From NCBI GenBank assembly GCA_963675755.2, contig CAXXMD010000002.1:1248001-1312000 (forward strand): a stretch of DNA of 64,000 nt, in the 5' to 3' direction. The notes beneath the pieces were generated by a model. It was not told where the DNA came from. It saw nothing but the letters and a program-made list of their open reading frames with translations, and made no database searches. Shown here piece by piece: positions 39,721 to 49,207 of the stretch. Source of the stretch: a bacterium. GTDB taxonomy: Bacteria > Zhuqueibacterota > Zhuqueibacteria > Residuimicrobiales > Krinioviventaceae. Position 1 is the first letter of the stretch; every line of letters starts with the position of its first letter. Both the position numbers and the translations under genes were made by a program.

Positions 39721-41970
39721 TTAACGAGAGGCAATTTCACAACTGCCTTTTAACGTTTTTGCTTTGGCAGTAACAGTTATATTACCGGTCAAACCGGTGG
39801 ATTGAACCAGAATCACGGCACTTCCATCTGCTGTTTTGGCAGATGTTGCCCCGCCAATACCTACAATTTTACCACCTTGAGTTGATTCAAATGCAATTTC
39901 AACTCCGTTGTCATGCGCAGGATTACCCTTTGCATCCAAAAGTTGAGCGGTTACGGAAATTGCATCGTATCCATCTGCAATCATTTCATCACTCAGAGGA
40001 GTCAATTGGATTGCTACAGGCTCCCCCGGAGTGATCAACACATGTTCAACCAACTCTCTCCCCTGCTTTGCAACCGCTTTTAATTCACCGGGAGCAAAGG
40101 GAACTTGCCATTCGCATTCAGTTTCTTTTGAGGATTGGATCTTTTTTCCATTCAAAAACAGATCAACTTGTTCACCATTGTGCCAAACATTAACGGCAAC
40201 TGCCTCACCAGGAGTTTTATCATTGTCCCAGGTACCTGCTATATGAACAAAGGGTTCTTTACCCCAGCGAGCCTTTAGATACCACGCGGGCTCCTTGTAA
40301 CGGCGGTAATAATCTACCATACCAGATGTTTGAATGGGCCATACGGGCTTGTATTCTGAACCGTAATCATGAAAACCCCAAACACACGCACCAGGCAAAT
40401 AGCTTTTACTTTCTATCAAGTCTAGATCCCGCTTTACACTTGCAAAAGATTTCATTTCACTGTCAAAATCGCCAATGTATGTTTTATCGGGATTGGTACA
40501 TTCGGAACTGATAAGTACCAGTTCGGGATAATTCTTGTGCAATTCATCATACGTATCAATGGCATAATTGAGTGCCATAATATCGGGTATAAATGCCGCA
40601 CCTGTCTTGATAGCATCATCAATATGATTTTCCGCATAGCAAGTAGGACGAGTAGGATCCAATCGATCTGCAGTGGCTTGCAGTATCTTGAACAATTCAA
40701 CAGAATGTCCTTCATTCATCAATCCCCAGAGAACAATGGATGGATGATTACGGTCTCTGCGCAGCATGGCATCGAACCCATAATCCATGATCTCCATAAA
40801 TCCTTTGCCTCCAATATGCTTCCATGAAAGGGGCTCTTCGTAAACCAGCATCCCCAAACTGTCACACGCATTCAAAAAATCGGGATGCTGGGGATAATGA
40901 GAACAGCGTACAAAGTTAACACCCAGATCCTTTAATATCACTGCATCCTGAACCTGCAAACGTTTGGGTACCGCATTTGCCAAACCGGGATAACACTGGT
41001 GGCGATTGGTGCCATTTACTTTTAAAGGTTTACCATTAAAAATCAAACCCTTGTCAGCAGTAAATTCAAAAGTACGAAATCCGATTTTTGTTTCAAGTTG
41101 ATCAATTAACTGATTATTTTCGATCAATTCTACCTGAAGCAGATACAAATTCGGATCATCAGGAGACCACAGTTTTATATCTTTTACAACACTTTCAAGA
41201 TTTGGTACTGCCCGGATCAGCCCCGGTGGAACGGTTATAGCCTGTTCAGAAACCGCATTTTTCTGATTTCCATCCAACACAGTTGTACGCACCTTGATTG
41301 TACGATACTCTGTTGATGTATTGTTGACTTTGATTGCGGTATTGATAACAGATTTTTTTTCATTCACCACCGGTGTAGTTGCAAACAGGTCATATTTTTC
41401 CAGATAAACATCGGGAAGGCTTTCCAAAGTCACTTCACGATAAATGCCGCCATAGACATTGTAATCAATGCGCCAGCGTCCCGGTGGAATCTCATCGTTA
41501 TGAAGGTTGTTAACCCGGACAGAGATCAGGTTTTCACTGCCCCAGTTCAGGATATCTGTCACATCGATTTCAATGGGCGTATATCCGCTGTTAAACTTGC
41601 CTATATATTGCTCATTCACCCAAATCTCGGACTGGTTACTAATTGCTCCAAAACAGATAAAAATTCTTCTCCCCTTGTGTTCAGCAGGTACCGAAAAATG
41701 TTTACGATACCAGGAATATCCACGATAATACCAGCGAACATCATCAAATGTATCATCCGCATTATAGGAATGCGGAGTACGGACTTTGATCCAATGCGAG
41801 TCTTTCCAATCCCATTGAGTGGCATTATATTTCCCGACCCAATCGTCCTGCTCGAATAACCAGTCATCATTAAAATCCATAATAATCCGGCCATTATCCT
41901 GCTCCGCCAGGACAGTACCGGCAAACAACAGTACAACAAACAGCAACTGCAAAATCACTAATCTTTTCAC
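39721..41970 (-). CDS. Glycoside hydrolase family 2 (beta-galactosidase-like), secreted
   Basis: Motifs WYRKHF, GGIYREV, LWSPDDPNLY, GTNRHQ, RCSHYP, RDRNHPSIVLWGLMNE (acid/base) and ISSEC (nucleophile region). GTG start at 41970 after GAGG. Confidence 0.93.
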   Translation of the reverse strand: MKRLVILQLLFVVLLFAGTVLAEQDNGRIIMDFNDDWLFEQDDWVGKYNATQWDWKDSHWIKVRTPHSYNADDTFDDVRWYYRGYSWYRKHFSVPAEHKGRRIFICFGAISNQSEIWVNEQYIGKFNSGYTPIEIDVTDILNWGSENLISVRVNNLHNDEIPPGRWRIDYNVYGGIYREVTLESLPDVYLEKYDLFATTPVVNEKKSVINTAIKVNNTSTEYRTIKVRTTVLDGNQKNAVSEQAITVPPGLIRAVPNLESVVKDIKLWSPDDPNLYLLQVELIENNQLIDQLETKIGFRTFEFTADKGLIFNGKPLKVNGTNRHQCYPGLANAVPKRLQVQDAVILKDLGVNFVRCSHYPQHPDFLNACDSLGMLVYEEPLSWKHIGGKGFMEIMDYGFDAMLRRDRNHPSIVLWGLMNEGHSVELFKILQATADRLDPTRPTCYAENHIDDAIKTGAAFIPDIMALNYAIDTYDELHKNYPELVLISSECTNPDKTYIGDFDSEMKSFASVKRDLDLIESKSYLPGACVWGFHDYGSEYKPVWPIQTSGMVDYYRRYKEPAWYLKARWGKEPFVHIAGTWDNDKTPGEAVAVNVWHNGEQVDLFLNGKKIQSSKETECEWQVPFAPGELKAVAKQGRELVEHVLITPGEPVAIQLTPLSDEMIADGYDAISVTAQLLDAKGNPAHDNGVEIAFESTQGGKIVGIGGATSAKTADGSAVILVQSTGLTGNITVTAKAKTLKGSCEIASR

Positions 41971-42006
41971 GCCGCACCTCGGTTTTTTAAACAAAAAGTA
42001 TAATGA

Positions 42007-42034
42007 AATATAGAATAATTCTCTTGCAATACAA
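42007..42034 (-). promoter_or_regulatory. Possible promoter of the GH2 gene
   Basis: Minus strand TTGTAT-N16-TATATT, the same -10 variant as at valS and glcD; the AT-rich background lowers certainty. Confidence 0.35.
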
Positions 42035-42051
42035 TAGATAAAATATACTAC

Positions 42052-43035
42052 TTATTCTTTCACCAAACGAACAGACAGGCCTAATCCATTTTCATCATAG
42101 CTTCGTATAATATCATCATTCACATAAGATAATTCACGCGTAAAAGCACTAACATTTGCGACTACACTTGTTGATGTCCAATATCTTGCTCCATAGTCCA
42201 TTGAATAAAAGGCACCGTTAGCATCATATCGATATCCACCCCCACGGGCCCTGAATCCACTTTCATTTGTGGCAGAAGTATTGGGCGTATTCCAATGCGT
42301 TGTACCTTCTTCTTTTAATTTACCACCGTCATCGCAACGGCTGGCACCGGAACTGTTTGCTTCTGCAGATGTCAGGCCTATGCTCATTTCAAGAACTTTA
42401 TAATCATAGTCAGAAGGTACACGCCAACCCTCAGGCGCAAGATTACGCGAATCCACAACAGCATACCAGTTGTACATGGCGCCATAAACAGCAGCATTGT
42501 CGCTGTCATTATTATAATAACAATAAGCACCTGTACTGAGTGCTGTCCACTCTGCATTATCGGTCACATGGGGAATTGGATCACCATTACGATAGGTTGT
42601 AACTCGCAGATCTTCAGCCATCCACCATTTTTCACCAATTTTAACAGTTGCATATACATTACCATCCTGATCGGTCATGGTACCGGTTTCGAGATAGTCC
42701 TGGGCAGTTACGCGTACCATAAAATTGCTGCCGGATATTCCGGGATTATCAGCATAAAAATCCCATACAATGTGTTTATTAGTACCTTTGCTGATAGCAC
42801 TTCCTACATCTCCGCTTACACTGCTGCAATTCAGATCCCAGGTTGAGCCACCATCATCAGACGCGGTCAGCGTTATATTCATCAGATTCATATCATCTAC
42901 ATCATAATAGACATCCACAATCAAACTACCATCTGTTCGCTGTGAAAAACTAACATTCGAAATCACTGGTGCCTGCGCATAAAGCAGACCTGAACAAAAA
43001 ACAAAAAGTAATATTTTAATCTTTTTCATCATCAT
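42052..43035 (-). CDS. Secreted protein: N-terminal Ig-like domain + FISUMP (Fib_succ_major, CLec-fold) domain
   Basis: Signal peptide, then a QRTDGSLIVDVYYDV...KHIVWD domain. FISUMP motifs DQDGNVYATVKIG..WWMAEDL, YGAMYNWYAV, APEGWRVPS, ATNESGF, YWTST and GLSVRLVK. Confidence 0.9.
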   Translation of the reverse strand: MMMKKIKILLFVFCSGLLYAQAPVISNVSFSQRTDGSLIVDVYYDVDDMNLMNITLTASDDGGSTWDLNCSSVSGDVGSAISKGTNKHIVWDFYADNPGISGSNFMVRVTAQDYLETGTMTDQDGNVYATVKIGEKWWMAEDLRVTTYRNGDPIPHVTDNAEWTALSTGAYCYYNNDSDNAAVYGAMYNWYAVVDSRNLAPEGWRVPSDYDYKVLEMSIGLTSAEANSSGASRCDDGGKLKEEGTTHWNTPNTSATNESGFRARGGGYRYDANGAFYSMDYGARYWTSTSVVANVSAFTRELSYVNDDIIRSYDENGLGLSVRLVKE

Positions 43036-43057
43036 TCCCTTTTTCTTTCATACCATA

Positions 43058-44050
43058 CTACTTTATCAGCAAGGCCTTTTGTGTTAACATTTGATTATTT
43101 GCTTTTAATATCACAAGGTACATTCCAGAAGGAAGCGCATTCCCTGCATCATCTTTACTGTCCCATTGAACATTATAACTTGAAGCGGATTGGGTACAAT
43201 TTGACAATTCCCGTACTTTTCTTCCGTTTATATCATATACACTCAATTCAACCTGTGCTTGTTCGGCAAGTGTATAGCGTATATGGGTTTGTGGATTAAA
43301 GGGATTCGGATACAAGGGCAAAAGTTCTGTTGTTTCAGGTATCTCTGCAACTGTACTGCAAACAGTGCCGCATACATGCAGATCACCGGAATAACTGACA
43401 TCGGAAAGACGGTAAAACCAGGTTGTACCGGGTTGAGCGGACGTATCTCGAAAAGTATAATCCTTGGGACTGTCGATTGTACCCCGCCCGGCAAGTTCAG
43501 AATGTGTTTCATAGGAAACAACAACCTGCCAATCAGGATTTGTAATATTCCTTGTACGCTCAAGAATAAATCCCAGGTTATTGGATTCTGTTTCAGTTCT
43601 CCACGAAACAACAATGGAACCTTGCTCCCGTGTTGCAGAAAAAGAAACCAGCTCTACTGGTAAAGATGTATCAAAAGTAAAATCCCATGTGTCGGAATAA
43701 GCACCGGTTCCGGCTACATTGGCAGCGCAAACCCGCCAATAGTAATTATTACTTGTGACCAATTCACCGGCATCATAGGAGGACTCGTTTAAACCGGACT
43801 CGTTCACAACATATGAATCAAAATTAGATGCTAATGATACTTGCAGTACATAGCTTGAAGCATGATCAAGATCATTCCAGTCCAGAACGGATAAAGCAGT
43901 ACCACTATGATTTGCCGGTGTGGACAAAACCGGTTGAGCCGGTGGTAAAGAAGTCAGAGAACCAGTCCCGGAATTACCATAACCGGTATCAGCCAATACA
44001 TTTATACCAGACAAAAAGACTAAAAATGCAAAGTAAAACCATTTTGGCAT
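43058..44050 (-). CDS. Secreted stalk-like protein: FN3-like + LPVEL domain + T9SS-type/FlgD-Ig C-terminal sorting domain
   Basis: ATG 44050 follows GGAGG. Motifs YYWRVCA, LPVELVSFSA and YPNPFNP...VYDINGRKV...WDSKDDAGNALPSGMY...KALLIK; no catalytic domain recognised. Confidence 0.88.
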   Translation of the reverse strand: MPKWFYFAFLVFLSGINVLADTGYGNSGTGSLTSLPPAQPVLSTPANHSGTALSVLDWNDLDHASSYVLQVSLASNFDSYVVNESGLNESSYDAGELVTSNNYYWRVCAANVAGTGAYSDTWDFTFDTSLPVELVSFSATREQGSIVVSWRTETESNNLGFILERTRNITNPDWQVVVSYETHSELAGRGTIDSPKDYTFRDTSAQPGTTWFYRLSDVSYSGDLHVCGTVCSTVAEIPETTELLPLYPNPFNPQTHIRYTLAEQAQVELSVYDINGRKVRELSNCTQSASSYNVQWDSKDDAGNALPSGMYLVILKANNQMLTQKALLIK

Positions 44051-44312
44051 AGTGCCTCCCAATAAAATAAAAAAAGTAAAAAGATATAATAAATATTAAT
44101 AAAATTTTTGCTACTCATAAACTTTGACAAATTAACCAAATTACATCAAAAAAACAAAAATTTTTATTTTCCAGTCACAACTGAAAAAGATTCATTATAA
44201 AGATTCTGAATTGATTAAAGCACGGTGGGATCTTTATGACTATTGATAGAAACAAAGATTTTATTGGCTAATAAAATCCCCAAATAACAAGATATGAATA
44301 AAGGATAGTGGT

Positions 44313-44342
44313 GCAAATAAGGGTAGACTCGAAAGTCTACCC
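44313..44342 (-). terminator. Rho-independent terminator ending the glycan island
   Basis: Minus strand GGGTAGACT-TTCG-AGTCTACCC followed by TTATTT. Confidence 0.8.
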
Positions 44343-44353
44343 CAACATACACA

Positions 44354-46192
44354 TTACTTAATCTCTTTTATCATCACATTGCGGTAATCTACGCCAGTAC
44401 CGTGGGATTGCATGCCGATATGCCCTTTGCGGGGACGCTGGCTGAGCGGCATATAGTCGCCATTGGCGGTGGTGACTTCATCCATGTTGGCGGAATTGAT
44501 CTGTACGCCGTTAAGCATTATAGTCACTTCTGGACCATTGCAGGTGATCTCGTACACGTTCCATTCGCCGGGAGGATTTGTATGTCCCTGTTCCGCAGGA
44601 ACCTGGTAATAGATACCGCCGGTATATTGAGCGGGTTTAAGATCATTGTATTTTTCCGCATTATCGTCTAACACCTGAATTTCCATACCCACATGCGCGG
44701 GATCTCCTTTTTCAGGGTAACGGATTCCAACACCACTGTTTCCTCCCTCGGGAATGCGCCATTCCAGGTGCAGTACAAAATTATCATATTCTTTTTTCGT
44801 AGTAAGCCAACCGCCTTTTTCCGCAATACAGGATAAAACTCCATTCTCATATTTCCAGGATTCGACCTTGCCATCCTTGGCATACCAGCCGGACAGGCCC
44901 TTGCCATTGAACAATGATACAAAATCATCATCAGGTACCGGACTGCTGCTGACCAGGTTCACAGCTTCATCCATATAAATCTCGGCGGTATTTTCTCCCA
45001 GGCTGGTGCGGGTGATATAATTATAGCGTTCAAAACTGTTAAAATCCACTTTGGCAATCATGTATCCAAAAGCGTCGTTGGTGAGCCCAAACAGAAACGG
45101 GTGTTTGGTATTCATGTGGCGTTTTACATAATATCCCACATTGGGCAGTGCCTCACCGGGTATAGTAAGGACCTGTGCTGTACCGATATTCACCAGATTC
45201 AGTGTGGTACTGATGGATTTATCCTCAGACAATGCATACCCCAACGGTGACATTTGCAGTATCATTTGCATCATTTTGGATTCAATGGGAAAACGAATGG
45301 TTTTGGATGTACAATATAATCCGGGATCACTTTGTACTGGTGCATTTTCCACAATGCGCAAAGCCTCATCCGCCATCAAATTACCAATACGTATACATTC
45401 TTCCCAGGTATTGTTCTCTTTACCATCATCCCTACGAACATCTGCAGTTACCATTCCCCCCTGTGCGCTGTTCATAAACAGGGCAATACCGCCCCCCTTT
45501 GCCTCTATGCGGTCATACATAGGGCCACACAGATCGGGTGAGAGTATTCCACGTTCTGAGCCCAGCACTTCCGGGTGTGTGGCATAGTTTATCAGTGTAG
45601 CAATGGGCTTTCCTGCGCTCTCACCAGTTTCAGCGATTGCCTGAATTACGCCCATGCGGGGATCATAAAGCCTGGGAGCATATGCGTTAAAAGCGATTTT
45701 GCCTTTGGCGTCATCAACAGCAATTTTCAAAAATGCGGATTCAAGATTGTCCACAGCTTCATTCACTGCATCCGCTATCTGTTTCACACACCAATCAAGA
45801 TACTCCAGGTCGGCATGGTGCTGACCATTCTGGTCCGGAAATCCATACGCATCAGGAGCGCTATGGGTATGAGTCACACCAATGATCACATTCTCCGGTG
45901 CAATATCTTTGATCAACGCACGGGATTTGTCACCCAACTTGGCAGGCCATCCCAAATTATCAATACTAACAATAGCAATTCGGGTTGTGCCGTCATCCAG
46001 TACCAATGCACGGGCAAACAAGTCTCCTTTTTTCTCTGTCACAGGATTAGGTGTACCCACACCACCGGAAACCGGCAGCAAGGGATCAGGAGTAATAACA
46101 CGAACGGCCGAACCTGCTTTGAACGTTCCCGCAAACAGGGATGGTACGGCTGCAATCATTAATATCAGCATGATGGATACTACTTTTTTCAT
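44354..46192 (-). CDS. Secreted fusion: neutral-ceramidase-like amidohydrolase + C-terminal DUF1080 domain
   Basis: N-part has LFARALVL, THTHSAP, NYATHP and TIPGE. C-part has SLFNGKGL.GW, GGNSGV, EIQVLD, GEWN and GHIGMQSHG..V.YRN. Confidence 0.82.
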   Translation of the reverse strand: MKKVVSIMLILMIAAVPSLFAGTFKAGSAVRVITPDPLLPVSGGVGTPNPVTEKKGDLFARALVLDDGTTRIAIVSIDNLGWPAKLGDKSRALIKDIAPENVIIGVTHTHSAPDAYGFPDQNGQHHADLEYLDWCVKQIADAVNEAVDNLESAFLKIAVDDAKGKIAFNAYAPRLYDPRMGVIQAIAETGESAGKPIATLINYATHPEVLGSERGILSPDLCGPMYDRIEAKGGGIALFMNSAQGGMVTADVRRDDGKENNTWEECIRIGNLMADEALRIVENAPVQSDPGLYCTSKTIRFPIESKMMQMILQMSPLGYALSEDKSISTTLNLVNIGTAQVLTIPGEALPNVGYYVKRHMNTKHPFLFGLTNDAFGYMIAKVDFNSFERYNYITRTSLGENTAEIYMDEAVNLVSSSPVPDDDFVSLFNGKGLSGWYAKDGKVESWKYENGVLSCIAEKGGWLTTKKEYDNFVLHLEWRIPEGGNSGVGIRYPEKGDPAHVGMEIQVLDDNAEKYNDLKPAQYTGGIYYQVPAEQGHTNPPGEWNVYEITCNGPEVTIMLNGVQINSANMDEVTTANGDYMPLSQRPRKGHIGMQSHGTGVDYRNVMIKEIK

Positions 46193-46207
46193 GGATACAC
46201 CTCCAAA

Positions 46208-49192
46208 TTATTTTACTTCCAGTTCTACTTTTTTCATTGCTGTGATTCTCACCGGCCCTAAAAGTCCAGACGCCGGCAATGGCTTAAAGCCCAGTTCCTG
46301 TGCCCGCTCAGATAAAGAGTTACCGAATCTGGATCGCAGTTCTTCCGGTACCGGCGGTGCTTTTTCCCAGGCAGAAACACGGTTGATATTGGTATTTGTA
46401 ACCAAAATGGTCAAGTGGTTCTTTCCATTTTTCAAAAGACCGGTCACGTCCAGCTTCATTCCTGTCATCCAACAAGTTCCGGCATTCTTGTCATTAACAC
46501 TAATCTCAGCAATATTTCCTACTCTGCCAGGATCGAGTGTCAGAACAATATCCTTTTGAAGGTACATGTCAGGCAGAGTAAAGTCAATATCATACCTGCC
46601 GGTCCCGCTGAAATGACAGGTCAGGGAGTCATCAGTCCAGGATTTTAATACCGGCAGGTGTTTTTCAACTCGTTTAAAATGTTCATTCTCAAGTAACAGC
46701 TTCCAATCACCATTAATCACAAAAGGTGGGGGTACATTACTGATAGTTTTCGTTAACAGATGCTCCGTATCTGTCTTGACGTTGGCAAAATAATTTCCGT
46801 TTTCACTTGCAAGTGCAGTTACCCTGGTTTGACTCACATCATGAATTGTATTAAAATTGGTTTCACTCACGTATGGCTCTTTATTATCCGGGCCAAATAC
46901 AAGAATGGTCGATTCCCAGGGAGAAAGCTCAAGCGGTACCTTTATTCCATCTTTAACCTGAGCAAATTCAAGACATCGACGGATGTTACCGGTGTATGGG
47001 TCCCAGTAATAAACATCAGTATTACGGGTACGAAAGGTTACGGGTATAGTACTGGGAACGTTTTGAATATTGCTAACAAAATAGACATCCGAATCATCAA
47101 CCTTGCGATGCAAAAACGCAAGTCCGTTGTTTCTGCGCAGGTTCTCCTGTGCGAAATCAATACCGAAATCCGGAGCAATATGAGTACGGATTGTGTTTAG
47201 AAAGGGATCAAGCATGCTGCTGCGCATGTCCCACCATATTTTTCGATCAATTACATTTTTTATATAATAGGCTTTTCCTTTTCCATAATTAACAGAACCC
47301 ACCTCATCCCTGCGGAACGGTTCTTTGAACATTTCGTCTATAATGTTTTGCACCTTTTCGTCGTTAATACTAAAATCTTCCAGTCCTGTCGAACTATCCG
47401 GGACACGATCACAGGCTATGACTACTCCCCCATTCTTTACATATTCCTGAATACGTAAGAGTGTCTCCAAAGGCAGCGCCTTGATATTGGGAAGCAGCAA
47501 CACCTTGTATTCCATATTCCGAATTTTAATTTGTCCGTTTTCAAAACGAGCAATATTTTGTAATGCGTCGTCATTGAGCAGATCAAAATCGTATCCGTTG
47601 GAAACAAGCAGGAACCCGAGCTCGTCCCAATCAAATTCACGCGTCCATTTACGGGCATTGAGGGCGTCAAGTGCCCACTGGTTGGCGAGTGGCGAATAAA
47701 TGGCGATATCGGGACTAAAATCGCCCTGCCTGAACAAAAACGAACATCTGGCGGTATATTGAGTAAGGAGTGGATAAAACCGCCACCAGGTATTGCTGGG
47801 GTTGATCTGCGGCGCCCACGGTGTTCTGCGGGATGGGGCAAGATCACGCTCTGGTAAATAACAAAAGCCGTGATTATAAAATTTGGTTGCACCGGTACGC
47901 AGGATACCATCTGTGCTGATCTTGACTTCTTCGAGTGTGGCGCGGTAACGCTCCCAGTGCAGAAAAGTATGGGCCTCAACCGAGATAACGTCCCTTCCGT
48001 AAATGTGAGCGCCTGAAGCTACATATTTTTTCGGACCGATGCGATTATCAAACCATCCTTGGGAATCTTTTTCGCCCGGAGTGATCTCCATTTCCGGAAT
48101 ATGCGTTGCACCGGCAGCTTCCAGATTGTCCGTGGAAAATCCATAAGTCTGTACCCGGCCTTTGATACCATTGTTTTCACACCAGGTCATAAAGGTTTCG
48201 AAAAACGTCTGCATCCCCACATGATGTAAAAACTCGTTCACATCATAACGAATTTTAGGGGATATTTCACCCACCTGCCACCAGACAGCCGGCAGGTACG
48301 GTACCAGGTCATAACCTTTAAATTCTTTAAATTTTATCAAGAGGCTATCAGACCAATAGATACCGCTCGCCAGGTTGGGGAGTTCAAAACTGTCACAGAA
48401 AAACGAATCCACAGTTTTGCCGAACTCGGCTCCAAAAGCCTGTTTGAATTTGCCGCCCAGGTAATCGCAGTAACGCTGCATGGCACCCCGGTCAAAATGA
48501 TCAACTGCGTTGGCTTCACCGTTTTTGGCAAGCCAAAAGCACATAATCTTCCATTTACCTTCCGGTACCTGCCAGTCGAGTTTGCCGTTTTTCACCTTAT
48601 CCGTGATCACAACCACGGACTGCTCATCAATGATTCCCTCTTCGAGTTTACCCGCCGCGACCGCAATCAGTTTTTCTGTGCCGTTCAAACGCGGGTGATA
48701 AAGTTCCCATGATCGTTTGGTTTTGGCAAGAGAATCGGGTAACGCATCGTTGAAACGCATGGGACCTGTAATGTCCATGGAGCTGGGAATCATATCTTTG
48801 GATTTGTCTTCCTCCGACACCCATTCCCCACCGATTATCCAGCCCGGTCCGCCGAAATTAAAAGAGATCTCCATACCCAGGCGCTTGGCCTCATTCACCG
48901 CATGACGGGCCATATCCATAAATTCATCAGACAGGTAGGGAATGCCTCCCTTTTCATAAACCGCACCCATGGTAATCTGTTCCACACCCCGGATGCCCAC
49001 ACTACGCATTTGCTCGAGTTCCCAGGTGATTTCCTTTTTATCCATAGGATTCCCCGGCCACCACCAGCGTGTATGCGGCCAGCAATCCATAGGTGGATTT
49101 TTAAACTGCTCTTCTAAGGCTTGCAGAGGTCTTGCCTCTATCGTTCCTGAAAGTATCCATAACACAACAAGCATAAAAATCGAGCGTTTCAT
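46208..49192 (-). CDS. GH106-like glycoside hydrolase (alpha-L-rhamnosidase family) with a GH2-type sugar-binding C-terminal domain
   Basis: Motifs FKNPP...PHTRWWWPG, GPGW..GG.WV, VDHFD, FFCDSFE, ASGAHIYG...ISVEA and SGLLGPV. Confidence 0.85.
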   Translation of the reverse strand: MKRSIFMLVVLWILSGTIEARPLQALEEQFKNPPMDCWPHTRWWWPGNPMDKKEITWELEQMRSVGIRGVEQITMGAVYEKGGIPYLSDEFMDMARHAVNEAKRLGMEISFNFGGPGWIIGGEWVSEEDKSKDMIPSSMDITGPMRFNDALPDSLAKTKRSWELYHPRLNGTEKLIAVAAGKLEEGIIDEQSVVVITDKVKNGKLDWQVPEGKWKIMCFWLAKNGEANAVDHFDRGAMQRYCDYLGGKFKQAFGAEFGKTVDSFFCDSFELPNLASGIYWSDSLLIKFKEFKGYDLVPYLPAVWWQVGEISPKIRYDVNEFLHHVGMQTFFETFMTWCENNGIKGRVQTYGFSTDNLEAAGATHIPEMEITPGEKDSQGWFDNRIGPKKYVASGAHIYGRDVISVEAHTFLHWERYRATLEEVKISTDGILRTGATKFYNHGFCYLPERDLAPSRRTPWAPQINPSNTWWRFYPLLTQYTARCSFLFRQGDFSPDIAIYSPLANQWALDALNARKWTREFDWDELGFLLVSNGYDFDLLNDDALQNIARFENGQIKIRNMEYKVLLLPNIKALPLETLLRIQEYVKNGGVVIACDRVPDSSTGLEDFSINDEKVQNIIDEMFKEPFRRDEVGSVNYGKGKAYYIKNVIDRKIWWDMRSSMLDPFLNTIRTHIAPDFGIDFAQENLRRNNGLAFLHRKVDDSDVYFVSNIQNVPSTIPVTFRTRNTDVYYWDPYTGNIRRCLEFAQVKDGIKVPLELSPWESTILVFGPDNKEPYVSETNFNTIHDVSQTRVTALASENGNYFANVKTDTEHLLTKTISNVPPPFVINGDWKLLLENEHFKRVEKHLPVLKSWTDDSLTCHFSGTGRYDIDFTLPDMYLQKDIVLTLDPGRVGNIAEISVNDKNAGTCWMTGMKLDVTGLLKNGKNHLTILVTNTNINRVSAWEKAPPVPEELRSRFGNSLSERAQELGFKPLPASGLLGPVRITAMKKVELEVK

Positions 49193-49207
49193 GGTAGTAT
49201 TGCTCCT

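Noticed and set aside
44257-44278. 9-bp inverted repeat GATTTTATT-GGCT-AATAAAATC upstream of the stalk gene
   Set aside because: It is very AT-rich in an AT-rich spacer and could arise by chance; there is no second copy to support an operator.
45141-46559. Long plus-strand ORFs (148, 195 and 225 aa)
   Set aside because: They are antisense shadows of well-supported minus-strand genes in a GC-richer stretch, with no recognisable motifs.
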